Positions 12,014-24,453 of a stretch of 64,000 nt of DNA are shown here, piece after piece (within the stretch, counting starts at the first letter, position 1; the number at the start of each line of letters is the position of its first letter). Under the pieces are notes generated by a model. That model was given only the letters and a program-made list of their open reading frames with translations. It had not been told where the DNA came from and ran no database searches. The position numbers were made by a program, and so were the translations under genes. The DNA is from Phaeosaccion multiseriatum (lineage: Eukaryota > Protista > Ochrophyta, other classes): the NCBI GenBank assembly GCA_965112735.1, contig OZ218951.1, forward strand, positions 124,001 to 188,000, read 5' to 3'.

Positions 12014-13042
12014 CGTAAATGCATAAAGACGAATGCGATTGTTCATTTGTGTGTTCAAAGCTCCGCTCCTATTGCTCGATCGCCCCGTAAATGCTCCCGC
12101 TCGGAGTGTTGTCGTGAAGGTGCTAATCATAGAGAGTGGAGGCCCTTGCAGCCAAGTCCAACTCTATGCACCCTTTAAGTGCCATCCGTCAGCAAAGTCC
12201 AACTCTATGTACCCTTTAAGTGCCATCCGTCGAGAGACTGCCCGACGATGTGGGAAAGAAGGAAGCTCATCACACGAACACACCTTGGCCACACGGCCCA
12301 GGGAAGGACTGCACAGCACTCAGTAGCAAGGCTCCAGGACACCGCTCAGGGGGGGGGGGGGGGGGGGCATGGGGAGAGCTCTCGACCTCCGCAGCGGTAC
12401 AGGGGAGCCTTCCGGCCGGCCCTGCTGAGTGACTCACGCTGGTCTGATTGCTGTGTGTGTCGCTCAGCTCCATGCGGAGAGCGAAGGGTCGCCTTTCGCC
12501 TCTCTCCTCAAGGGACACTTCCCACTGCTGCCTCACTGCTGCCGCACTGCTGCCCCGCTCTGCGCTCCTGGCCGCACCTCATCTGGGGTGGAGGAAAAGT
12601 CCCAATTCCTCAGCTGGGGCCCCCGGCGTATTCACACACACACGTACACGTACACCCACTTGTGCCGTACACCGACAGACAATGGCGCGATGGAGAGTAT
12701 GATCCGCACGTTAGAGCATCAGTGCATCAGAGCATCAGTGCGTCAGAGCATCAGAGCATCAGAGCCGCGGGCAGGCGCCACGTGCCTTGCAACAGCGCAT
12801 CCTCTGAGCAAGGGGGGTGCCGCTCGCTTCCCTCGGAGAATGTTGGAAGTCGCAGTCAGACAGGTCTGGTCGGGAATCTTCGCTGGCTTCTGCCATCCGT
12901 CTCACACAGCTCTGGGCCCACTGCAGCAGCAGCAGTACCCGCACAGTGGCGCTTCGGCGTGAAGTAAGGACCCTCGCTGACGAGCCGACCGAGGTACCAA
13001 GGGAATAGGACGAGATGCACCGAAACCCCACATGGTGGCCCC

Positions 13043-14428
13043 TCAGCTCGCCCTTGCTTCCGCCTCGATCGACGGTCCTCCTCCTCCCAAGGGTGGGTCC
13101 CGGTGCACTTGCTCTTCACTGCTGGAGCCCGAGTCCCCCACCCAGGCGGAGTCCCACTCCATACACCACCACTTCTCTCCCTGCGCCTGCCCAGCCTCTC
13201 CACCCAACTCCTTGGCCCTCACGCCCCTCAGCTGGAGGCTCCTCTTGTACCTCCCTCCTCCCAAGCACATGGTGTGGTACTCCCCATTCTCTCCTCCGAC
13301 GTCGCAGCCAAGCCGTGCAAGCTCCTCGGCGGTCTGCGTACCGTTGAGGCGCCGCCCCACCCAGTCCTGCGTGAACCAGGGGGCTGTCGTGGAAATTACA
13401 TCATCTCAAAATCAGTCTGGTTGGTTGGTTGGTTGGTTGGTTGGTCTCTCATAAAGCATTCCAAACGAAACAGACTCTTTCTTACCTTTGACGCAGGAGA
13501 AGATGATGTGGTAGTGGTGCGAGGCAAGGCTCTCCAGGAGGGTGACCCGATCGAGCTGCCACAAGGGAAGCCACACCGACATACCCTCCACGCCTTCGCA
13601 GCACTCCTGGAGAGGGAGAGAAAGGAGCGGACTGTCAGCCAAAGCGGGTGGGTGTCACTCAAATGTGTACTTGACTGCCCAGGCGGCCCTGCACAGGCGG
13701 CTACTACGAACGGCCAGTCTTACCTCAATGAAGTTCTTCTCAATACCCGAGCCGCAGAGGTCCATGTCTCCCGTCACGATGCACTGTATACCATGCTCTT
13801 CTCTCAGTGCCCTCAAAGCCGTCTGGTACGCAGCCTTGTAGTCACCCCCGTGCTTGTTAGCGTCCACTAGCAGCTCCACCAGGGGAAGTTCTAGAGCGGC
13901 CGCTTGCAAGCGGATTAGCTCAAGGGGATGCGCGCGGAAAGCCGCATTGGGGGGCTTAACGCATGGATTTGGAGGTGTTCCAAAGGGGGGTAGGGGAAGG
14001 AGAGGGCGGGGCGTCATTTCCCGGGGGCTTCCATCGTCTTGTTCTCCTACACCCCCTCCCACACAAGCTTACTTTGAAGACGACTAGCATTTGCAAGGCC
14101 AGCTTGCTCTCTTCTTGTGCAAACTCCATGGCCAAGGTGCAGTCCTGGGGGGAGGAGGGAGAGAGAGAGACAAGAGTAGCCATAAGATACAGGGGGAGGC
14201 GGGAGGGCGAGAGGGAGAAAGAACAGGAGAAAGGCTATCTCGTGCGATGCGGAGGCAGGCAACACGAACTCCCAGCTCTCTCACCTTTCCTCCCGTCCAC
14301 GATATTGCAGCAGATACGGGCTGAGCTGCGTCGATAGGGGACGAAAGCTTCATCGGAAGGACCGTAGATGGAGAAGAAGAGAGGGAAGAGGAGAGAGAGA
14401 GAAGAATAGAGAGAAGAGGCAGCGCCAT
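13043..14428 (-). CDS. Diphthine--ammonia ligase (Dph6)/DUF71-like PP-loop ATP pyrophosphatase. Exons 14428(or 14353)-14285, 14144-14073, 13954-13724, 13606-13486, 13383-13043
   Basis: Spliced: AAISWTGGK|DCTLA (PP-loop variant), FRAHPLELIRLQAAALELPL, GIQCIVTGDMD, VWLPLWQLDR, IIFSCVK|APWFTQDWVGRRL, CDVGGENGEYHTMCLGG (family hallmark GENGEYHT). Confidence 0.85.
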
Positions 14429-14543
14429 GTGCACGGCCTCCTCATCCAGAGTCACATATGGCATCTCCTTTCGGAGGAGGAGAGAGGAAAAATGGGGACG
14501 CTCAAGAGGAGGAGGAGGAGGAGGAGGACATTATAGCTCCCTG
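14429..14543. promoter_or_regulatory. Putative bidirectional promoter/5'UTR interval between the Dph6-like and mTERF genes
   Basis: Divergent start codons are only ~115-190 bp apart, depending on which ATG is used. Confidence 0.45.
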
Positions 14544-16223
14544 ATGGCTTTCGTGTGGTTGGCCCTTACCGCAGCGTCTTTGCTGCTGCTAGAATCAACA
14601 CTGATGTTGCTTATCGTGCCCAAGGGAGAGGCGCTCTTGTCGGTGGGCACTCCTAGGCAACGCCCAAGCAGGGTCAGTCCCACGGGAAGCCGGTGCAGGA
14701 GGTTGGGTAGCACAGCCTCAGCGTACACGGCTCAAGTCTGTAGGACGGTGTCATCTCCTTGTTCGTTGCTGGGGTCAATGGCCTTGGGTTCGACGGTCGA
14801 GAGGAGGGCAAGGCAAGCAGGAGAGGAGCTGGGCGCTGGCGGTGAGCAGCAGCAGCAGCAGCAGCAGGAAGGGGAGGAGGAGGGATGGACGCTCTCTCCA
14901 GGGTACAGTCTTGCTGATGGCTTTGCCGAGGGAGACTGGGGATTCGTGATGGACGAGGAAGATTTGGCCACAATGAAGGAGGAGGAGGGGGACAAGGGGG
15001 AGAATAAGGGATTACGGCGCGAGTTTCGGCCCAAGGTACCTCTGCAGCCGCTGCGGGACGTAGAGGAGTGGAAAGGGGACGGAAAAGGCGAAGGCCCTGG
15101 CCAGCGGCGGCGGGGGAAGGGGAAGGAGAAGGGGGATCCGCCCAACGCCTTCTGGGAGGGCTCGCATGCGAAGGGCCGTCCCTCGCTCTGGGTAGAGGAG
15201 GAGCAGCTGAGCCGGGGCGCTTTCGACGGTTTGGGGGGCGAGGACGAACAGGAGCAGAAGGAGCAGCTGCGGGCCCCGATATCGAGGAGGGGGCGAGGGG
15301 TTGAGGTTGAGGCGTCGATATCGAGCACTGCGATGCCCCCGGGGGGAACCAGTGCGCTGAAGGCGCTGGAGCTGCAGTACACGACAGGGGCAGGCGCAGG
15401 AGCCTTGTTGGGAGGGTCAAAGCAGGACCAGCTACAGCCGGAGCCCGAGAGGTCTCCAGTGAGCGAGGGGGGGGGAGGGGAGAGAGGCGGAAAGGAGTCG
15501 GAGGAGTGGGAGGAGGAGGCGGGGGGGGGGGGGGGGGCGCTCGACGAGGAGGCCATTCTGCGCAGTTTGGAGTGGCCCACAGACGAGGACTGGATCATGG
15601 ACGACGACGAGTGGAACCTCGGGGACGATGAAGAGGAGGGGGAGGGGTGGGAGGGGTGGGAGGGAGGGGAGGAGGACGAGGTTCAGAGGCAGGCCATGGA
15701 GAACGCGAGGGAGATGACTCTGGCGGCAACTCTGGCGGTTAGTGCGGCCGATGGCAGTGGAAGGATGGCAGTGGAAGGGATGGCAGTGGAAGTGGGCGGT
15801 GCTGAAGCCGAGTACCGCGTGCAAGTCCCGCCCCGGGACGCACCCACTAACGCCATTGATCCCATTGATCTCATTGATCCCATTGATCCCATTGATCCCA
15901 TTGATCTCATTGATCCCATTGATCCCATTGATCCCATTGATCTCATTGATCCCATTGATCCCATTGATCCCATTGATCCCATTGATCCCATTGATCCCCC
16001 CCCCCCCCCCCTTTGCAGGGCGACAGCTTCGACTTCGTGTTGGCCTCCTCGGGCCTCTCCACCGTCGTCGCCTCGGCACAGAGCAGCCTCAGCAGCGAGG
16101 AGCAGCAGCAGGACGACCACACATGGCAGCAGCAGCAACAACAACAACAACAACAGCAACAACAGCAACAAGTGCGTGTATCTGCCCAAGCCCCTCCCGG
16201 CCCTTGTCTCTGTCAGTCAGTCA

Positions 16224-16271
<48 letters not shown>

Positions 16272-19200
16272 GTCTGTCTGTGTGTCTCTATCTGTCTGTC
16301 TGTCGGTTTCTCTGTCTGTCTGTCTGTCTGTCCGTCTGTATGTCTGTCTGTCTGTCTGTCTGTGTGTGTGTGTCTGTGGGGAGGAAGTCTGACGAGCGCC
16401 TCTCAAATGCAGCGAGGTGAGGAGGACGGGGACAGCTCTTACGACGACGACGGCTTGGAGCACCAACACGAGAGGGAGGAGGACGATGACACCATGGACC
16501 TCATGGACATCGAGTTCTTCCCCGACCTCTTCCCCTCCTTCTCAGAGGCGAGCAGGGCCAGCACCGAGACCGCTATCCCGCCGGGGCTGACAGCGGCCGA
16601 GGCCAGCCTGCTGTATGGGCGGGAGAGGGAAGAGGTCGGCCCAGTGCAGGGCACGAACAAGGGGGTGGGGCCGCGTGTGAACCTCAGGGCAAAGGTGAGA
16701 GGGAGGGGGGAGAGAGAGGAGACACTCTCCGCCATAGGATGGCAGCCAATGGCAGTCAGTCTCAGAGCGCCCCAAAGGGGGGAACAGAGGTGCCGGCCAT
16801 TGAATGACTGATTAGGCTTATGTGTCCCCTTCCCCTTTCCCGCCCTCAGCTGCGGCTGTCGGACCTGGCATACTTCTACTTGCAGTCGGTGGTTGGAGTG
16901 GATGAAAAGGGCATGCGCTACATCTTGGACAAGCGCGGCGAGCTGCTCGGACTCCGAGTCGACACTAACCTCAAGCCCAAGGTACGGAGGGGGAGGCACC
17001 CCCCGCACGGAGGGAGGAGGGGGAGGAGGTTGCCCTGCGAAGCTCAGTCTGCCCTGCCCTGCCCATACTCCTCTACCCTGCCCTGCCCTGCCCATACTCC
17101 TCTGTCCGTATGCCTCTACCCTGCCCTGCCCTTAGGTTGCCTTCTTCGAGAGCCTGGGCGTGGGGCGTGCCTCTCTGGCGGCAATGATCTCTCGGCACCC
17201 ATCCTTCATGACGTTGAGCCTCGAGAACAACATCAAGCCCACGCTCGCTGTGCTGCACTTCATCATCGGCCTCTCGCACCAGGTGGGGGGGATCAGATGG
17301 AGGGGAATGGGTGGGGGGTGAGGCTGTGGGTGGAGGCGTATGGGTGGGGGATGAGGCTGTGGCTGTGGATGGAGGCGTATGGGGAAGCCTCTCGCACCAG
17401 GTGGGGAAGTGGAGCGGCGAAGAGGCGTCTGCTGTGGCGCCGCACTGCCCTCACTCTCCGTCCGCTTCCGCCCCCCTCCACTCTCGCCTACCCTGTAAGC
17501 GGTCATCCCCCTCAGTTTCCCAGTTTTCAGTTTAAGTGACCTCAAAGGATTGAACACCACCCCCCTCCACTCTCGCCTGCCCCGTCAGCTGCCATCCCCT
17601 TACCTCTCTTACCTAGCCCATGCGCTGCCATCCCCCCCCCCATCAGGAGATCTGCGACGTGCTGTACCGCTTCCCCGCGGTGCTGACGTACAGCATCCAC
17701 GCCAACATCCTGCCCAAGGTCAGTGCAGAGGACCTGCACGCATGGGGGAGGGGGGGGCGTCAGACTCACGCGTTTGGCTTAAACCGTCTGCGGCCATCTG
17801 TGGCCATCTCATCCCTTCTCTGCGGTCTGTTGCCATCTGCTCTCGTCTGCAGGTGGAGTTCCTCCGGCACGAGGTTGGCTTGAAGCCCAAGGGAGTGCGC
17901 AGAGTCATTGCCTCACACCCCGCCCTCTTCTCGCGCAGCCTCGACGACCACTTCCGACCCGCGGTGAGTGAGTGAGTGAGTGAGTGAGTCACGAGGGACG
18001 TGTAAGTATGGTTTAAGCCTAGGTGCTATCCCTTCACCCATCCACTGCCTTCCCCACCCCTGCCGCCCATCCATTGCCATCCCCCCCAGCTGGCGGCCCT
18101 GCGCTCCGAGTACGGCTTGCGCTCCTCCACCATCCGTACCATGGCGCTTGCCCACCCCGAGCTGCTCAGCTACAGGTGAGGCACAGTTACAGGACCGTTA
18201 CAGGGCAGTTACAGAACAGGGTAGCACAGGCTCTTGAAGATACTCTTAGAGGCTGCTCTCGGCTCTTGTGGTGCTGCTATGCTTGCCCCCTCGGTGGGCC
18301 AGACCCATTTCGCGGTGCCCACGCTGCCCCTGCCCATATGCCTGCCCCTGCCCATGTGCCTGCCCTTCCTTCTCACCCAACAGCGTGGAGCGTACTTTGG
18401 GGCCCAAGGTGTGCTTGCTGCGCGACGAGCTCAACTTCACCAAGTAAGCAGTAAGCAGTAAGCAGTTAGAAGGGAGGCTATAGTAAGGAGGAAGGAGAAG
18501 TGCGCCACTCATCCAAGAAGATGCGGACAAGCAAAGCAGTCCCTCTTGGTCCTGATCCGGTGCCGGTGCGTGTGCATGCGTGCGTGCGTGCCGCCTTGTC
18601 TCCGCCAGGCCGCAACTGAACGCCGTCCTGCAGCGCTGCCCGGCCCTGCTCGGAGTGAGCCTGGAGAGGAAGATGCGGCCCCTGCTCGACTTCCTCCAGG
18701 AGGTGAGAGTGGAATGTCGCGGCCCTCGATGTTGTATGTCGAAGTGAGAGCGTGGGCCTCTAACTGTCCATGTGCCTGCCTGCCCATATGCCTGCCTGCC
18801 CGTATGCCTGGCTGCCCCAGTCGCTTGGCATGTCAGGGAGTCAACTGAAGAAGGTGGTACAGCGCTTTCCATCCCTCTTCCAGCACGACCTCGACAAGCT
18901 CACGGGCCGTACAGAGCTCCTCAAGCGCCGCCTCGACCTTGACACTGAGCAAGTACGGACGCTGCACGCCGGGGGGGTGGTGATACGACATCACTAACCC
19001 TAAGGGGGGGGGGGGGGGAGGGCGAGAAATGGGGTAGGCAGGGGAGGGCAAGAGGAGGAGGAGGGAGGGGAGGGGAGGGGAGGGCGAGAGGAGGTCTTGG
19101 TTGCGACCCTTTCTCTGGTCATCGACGAGAGACCCGAAGGAAGCCCAGCCCCTGCGCCGAAGCGTGCCCACTGCCCTGATCTGCCCTTTTGTCCCCAGCC

Positions 19201-20104
19201 TGTCTGACTTGCCCCCTTCCCCACCCCCTCCACCCCCTCCACCCCCTCCACAGCTGGCCAAGGTGGTGTGTGCATCTCCTTCCTCCCTGGGCCTGTGCCT
19301 GGAGGACAAGCTCGACGCTGTTGAGGCGCTTCTCGCACACGACCCCCTCAGTCTCGGCCCAGAGGAGGTCAGGAAGGTAGGGCAAAGGCATGGGAAGGCA
19401 TATGGGAAGGGCTGGCAAGGAGGTTTCAATCGGCTCTTTACCTCCCTCCTCCCCTTCTTCCCTCCTCAAGGTGGTGCTCGGAGCCCCCACGCTGCTGCAC
19501 TGCTCTGTGGAGAAAAACCTCCGCCCCAAGCTGCTCGCACTCATCGCCATGGCCGAGAGTGAGGGAGGCGGGGGGGGCGGCGGCCAGGCAGAGGTCGGGG
19601 CTCTGCTCTGCAGGGTACGTGGGGGGCTCTCCTTCTGCTGCTTCTACTTCCGCTACTGCTACTACTTGTCCTCTTTCTGCTGTATCACCAACTGCTGCTG
19701 CTCCGTGTGTGAGTCGCGCGTACCGCCCTTTTGCTCCGCTTCATCCAACATCATGCCATATACTGCCATCTGCTACCACTCCACCCCTCCAGGCCCCTGC
19801 CCTGTTGGTGTACAGCCTCAAGAGCAGGCTTGAGCCGCGCTGCGGGGACCTTCTCCGCTTGGGTCTGGGCCTGTCCCTCCTGCCCAGCACCGTGAGTCTC
19901 ACACAGGCCAAGTACGAGGTGTGGTTGGAGAAGAAGCAAGAGGAGGGAGAGGGGGGAGGGGGGGGAGGAGGAGCGCGGAAGAGGAGCAAGGACAGCGGCG
20001 GAGGCCGGAGCGGAGCAGATGCTGTAGCCACGTTGGCAGCAGTTGGCGATACAGCAGCAGAAGCAGCAGCAGTTGGTGATACAGCAGATGGGGGCGTGGG
20101 CTGA
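14544..20104 (+). CDS. mTERF-family protein with N-terminal signal peptide (probably plastid-targeted), ~14 exons
   Basis: Signal-like [16 protein letters not shown], a long acidic low-complexity region, then ~10 mTERF repeats at roughly one per exon: [35 protein letters not shown]|[74 protein letters not shown]. Stop TGA at 20102-20104. Confidence 0.85.
15853..15996. repeat. 9-bp intronic tandem repeat (CCCATTGAT)n, ~16 units
   Basis: Read directly; in the first mTERF intron (~15825-16018). Confidence 0.9.
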
Positions 20105-20881
20105 CTCGGAGCGGTGGAGCGGTTGTACCTCTGCCCCTTCACTGCGAGTGGAGAGCGCGGCTCTTGACTCCTGCCGGCTCTCTGCCTGACAGCAACAGCA
20201 GCAGTTGGTGATATTGCAACATGAACAGTTGGTGATACAGCACCACAAAAAGCAGTGCAGCGCAGCCCTCCCTCTGGCGACGAAGGCGCACAGCGACTGA
20301 GGAGCACGGCCCTGACTAAGGCCCCCGACTGGCGACTACCGGAGTGCCAGTACGAGGACATGGGGACTGTGAGCCATGAACGGAGCAGATCAGAGCGCAA
20401 GGCCCTTTGGAAGAGAGGACGCTCAAAGAGAGGACGATCGAGCTCTACAGGCAACATACAGGCAACACACCCTTCGATCGAGATGGACCTGAGGCGAGAT
20501 GGGGAGGAGGCCGAGCCTTGAACTCGTGAGGAGCAATCCACACTCGTGGGCACACTCGTGGGGGTTGGCGGCCGCTCCGGTGGGGCCGGAGGAGACGAGA
20601 GGAGAGGGGAGGAGAGGAGAGGAGAGGGGAGGAGAGGACTCTTGGCCACGCCACACCACGCGCACAAGGCAGCGCAGCGAGGACAGGGAGGAAGAGGAGA
20701 GAGATGGACATGGGCATTCGCATTCGCATTCGCATTCGCATTGGTCGATGAAAGTGAGCCACGAAGAGCTCGTTCTACCTCTGCTCTACTCTGCCTGCTT
20801 CGCCCGCTGCTTCGCTGGACAAGTCTCTGCTGCTGCCCTGCTCTACGGTATGGTGTAGGGACAGCCCTGCAGCCCTCTTAC

Positions 20882-21010
20882 GTCGAGTGCCACAAACCAT
20901 GAAAGTCCATGTCGAGTGCCACAAACCATGAAAGTCCATGTCGAGTGCCACAAACCATGAAAGTCCATGTCGAGTGCCACAAACCATGAAAGTCCATGTC
21001 GAGTGCCACA
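20882..21010. repeat. 29-bp perfect tandem repeat GTCGAGTGCCACAAACCATGAAAGTCCAT x4.4
   Basis: Identical contiguous units with no spacers. Confidence 0.9.
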
Positions 21011-21111
21011 GTCGCACATTCTCTCTACTCTCTATCGCTGCGCGCCACAATCAAGAGGCCCTGCCACAAGCAATCAGGGCCCTCTGACCAAAGCGCGCTC
21101 TATCGACGCCG

Positions 21112-23151
21112 TCACCGTCCTCCTCCAAGCTCCTCCTCGCCCGTATGCCTGCCGCTGCTGTTGCAGCTGCTCCTCTCCAGTAGGCAAGTCTTCAAGTCAG
21201 AGCTGTCGCTCCCCTCCTCCTCCTCCTCCTCCTCCTCCTCCTCCTCCTCCTCTTCCTTGCGGGGAGCGCCGCCGTCCCCCTCCTCCTCCTCCTCCTCCTC
21301 CTCCTCCTCCTCCCCCTCCTTCTCCTCCTCCTCCTCCTCCTCCTCCTCCTCCTCCTCCCCATCTCCGCTGCTGCGAGTGCTCCTCTCCACCTCCCCCTCA
21401 CCGCTGATGGACGAGCTTCTCTCCTCCTCCCCCTCTCCGTTGATGGACGAGCTTCTCTCCTCCTCCCCCTCTCCGCTGATGGACGAGCTTCTCTCCTCCT
21501 CCCCCTCTCCGCTGTTGGACGAGCTTCGCTCCTCCTCCCCCTCACCGCTGATGGACGAGCTTCTCTCCTCCTCCCCCTCTCCGCTGATGGACGAGCTTCT
21601 CTCCTCCTCCTCCTCCTCCTCCTCTCCACTGCCGCTGCGGGGCGGAGGTGTGTCCGAAGGGGTATCCGAAGGTGTGTCCGAAGGTGTGTCCGAAGGGGTG
21701 TCCGAAGGGGTGTCCGAAGGTGTGTCCGAAGGTGTGTCCGAAGGGGTGTCCGAAGGGGATAGGGTAGTGGCAGTGTCCCCATTGGCGCTGCAAGACGAAC
21801 AACACAACGAACAAGGCACAACGCGACTCAGCAAGTGCCCCATGCATCAGCGCATCAGCAGCGCATCAGCAGCACGGAAGCGACAGGGACAGGGGTGGAG
21901 GGAAGCACCAAGGACCTGGTGTCTGCGGTGTCGACCAAGTACCTGGTGTCTGCGGTGTCGGTGTCTGTAGCTACCCGCGGCATGCCCCACTCGCCGCTGC
22001 CTTGCTTGGGGATGCCCATATGCCTGGACTGCCCCCCGCGGCCCCTCGCCTCCAAATTTTGTCCCTCTTGCCCGTCTTGGAAGTTGAGGCTGCGGCTGAG
22101 GCGGATGGGGCCGGCCTGGGAGGCGCCAAACTCAGAAGAGGAAGAGCCCAGCAGGGGGGAAGGGCTGCCCCTGCCCCGGAGGTGTGAGTGGAGACTGCCA
22201 TTAGTTACCATCCCGACCCCCATGCTTTTGAAGGAGCGGTGTTGAGAATGGCTTGGGATGGTACTGGATGAGCGGTGATGGCTTCGAATCACATGTTCAA
22301 CTTGGCGTGCTCCGTAGATGCGCATACGGCGCTGGGCCTGAGGGGGGGTGAGGGAGGGAGAGAGAGGAGAGAGAAAGGGAGAGAGAGAGAGAGTGAGAGA
22401 GAGACAGAGAAACAGATAGGGAGAGATCGAGGGACAGAGGGGGTAAGGAGAGAGAGAAAGAGAGAGAGACAAGAGGAGTGAGGGAGAAGGGGGGGGGGGA
22501 GGAGAGAGGGAGAGGGAGCGAGGACAGCAAGAGCGAGAGAGAGGACAGAGAGGAAATGAAAAGGCTGGAGGACACCGTGTGTGTGTGAGGTGTGAGAGCA
22601 GGAGGAGGCCGAGCTTGGTGGGGGGGGATTCAAAGCATACGGGCACGCAGGGGGGTGTCATATGCTTACCCTGGCGAGTGCGTGGTGCCTGAGCTCGTCC
22701 CTGGAGCTGCGCACGCCCCATCGCGTGAGTACAACGGTGATGCGCAGGAAGCGCGCCAAGCGGGGGAAGAACGCCGCCGCCTTGGCCAGCACCCTGCGGG
22801 CGTATGGGTAACAGGGGGAGGACAGCTGAGGAGAGGGCCGAGCATGGGCGGTGCCTGGTGTCGGGACGCATCCACTGCCATCCCATCCTTTGTACCTGTG
22901 CTCTGTGTAACCGTACCCTTGCCCTGCACCTGCTCCCACACCCTTCGCTCACCTGGTGGCCCTGAGCAGCTTGCCCATATACTTGACGTAGATCATGAGG
23001 CGGTACTCGAACACGCGGCGCGTCCATCTGTGAGTAAAGGCGGACGCCAGCGGACGGCAGCAGATGGCAACAGACCGTAACACATGCAGAGGAGGGTCAG
23101 TTAGGTCAGCGTTGATGCCGCAGAATGGTACACAAGTACCATGTGACACAC

Positions 23152-23194
<43 letters not shown>

Positions 23195-24422
23195 GCCTCC
23201 CTCCATGTGAAGATGACCTCTTGGTGATCTTGGTGAGGTTGAAAAGTCTCCTCAGTGTGCTCCTGCTCGGCTGCGACTTGCCGAACACGTCCCTCAGCAC
23301 CACGCGCCGCCCCCGCAGCACCTGAGACACCGCCTCCGACGTGAACTTGCCCCCTGGGGGAAGGGCAGGGCAGCAGGCAGAAAGAAACAAACAGGCACGG
23401 CGGGTGGACGGCAGCTGAGGAAACAATGCCAATGGCAGTACACAGTGCCAATGCGCTGTTCTGCACAAGGGGGCTCAACAGGGCGTCGCCTCTCTTACCT
23501 TCAACGAGGTCGTCCATCCACCCAAAGAGGCGTGTATTCCTGACCCTGTTGAGCGACTGCACGTGCAGCCTGCCCGAAAGGGCGGACACGAAGCGCTGTA
23601 GAGTCGTGCTGCCCACCCCCGTCTTCATGGCGTCGTACTCACGAGACGCCTCCTGACGAGTCCCACGAGACAAAGACAGAGGCATACATAAGCATACATA
23701 AGCATGCAGAGCGCAGCATAGAGGCATAGGGGCACAGGGCAGAAGAGGTATGAGAGGCATATGGGCGGAGAAGCACTACATGTGCCCACACGCGCGCACA
23801 GTGGTCAGGGAATCATGTGCTTGCAAATCGGCCGAGTATGTCAATGAACGTCCGCAGTATGTCAATGAACATCCGGATTGGCAGAGCGCCTCCAGGGCAG
23901 AGCAGAGCCTTTTCCGCTCAGCGCAGGGCGGTGCGCTACGTAAGAGCGCGTAAGGGTGCGTAAGGGTCCGCAAGCCCCTCCCTTGACTTATGGGGACTCA
24001 CCTCGAAGTCCTCGGAGGCGTTGGCGAGCACGTCGTGGAGCGTGTCGTGGGGGAGGGCGCAAATGAAGTCAAGCACGAACCACGTAAAGAGGTAGTGCAG
24101 GAACACCTGGCCACAGGGGTGGATGGGAGTGTATGTGTGTATGTGTGTGTATGTGTCAGTGTGTGTGCACTGCTCTGCCACCCGCTGCCACACGCATGCA
24201 CGCACACGCGGACCTTCTTGGTGTGCAAGACAAGACAAATCAAGGCCACTTCGCCACTGAGCCACAGAGGGCGGGGGGGGGGGTTTCCATTCTACTTTTC
24301 GGGCTAAGGCCTGCCTGACATGTGCCTGACATGTACCTAACCCAACGACAAGGCTAATTCGGCGCGCCCTACCAGACCCTCAACACCCCACGTGCACACA
24401 CGCACACACGCACACACCCACC

Positions 24423-24453
<31 letters not shown>

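Noticed and set aside
12240-13040. Several 80-260-aa ORFs downstream of the Dph6-like gene
   Set aside because: No recognisable domain and no consistent exon chain; likely UTR or intergenic.
15825-16412. IDPIDP and SVCLSVCL peptide repeats in the 794-aa ORF
   Set aside because: They fall in GT-AG introns (~15825-16018 and ~16172-16412) that the ORF reads through.
20882-21010. 29-bp direct repeats of CRISPR-like length
   Set aside because: Units are contiguous with no spacers, there are no cas genes, and the context is eukaryotic; this is a plain minisatellite.
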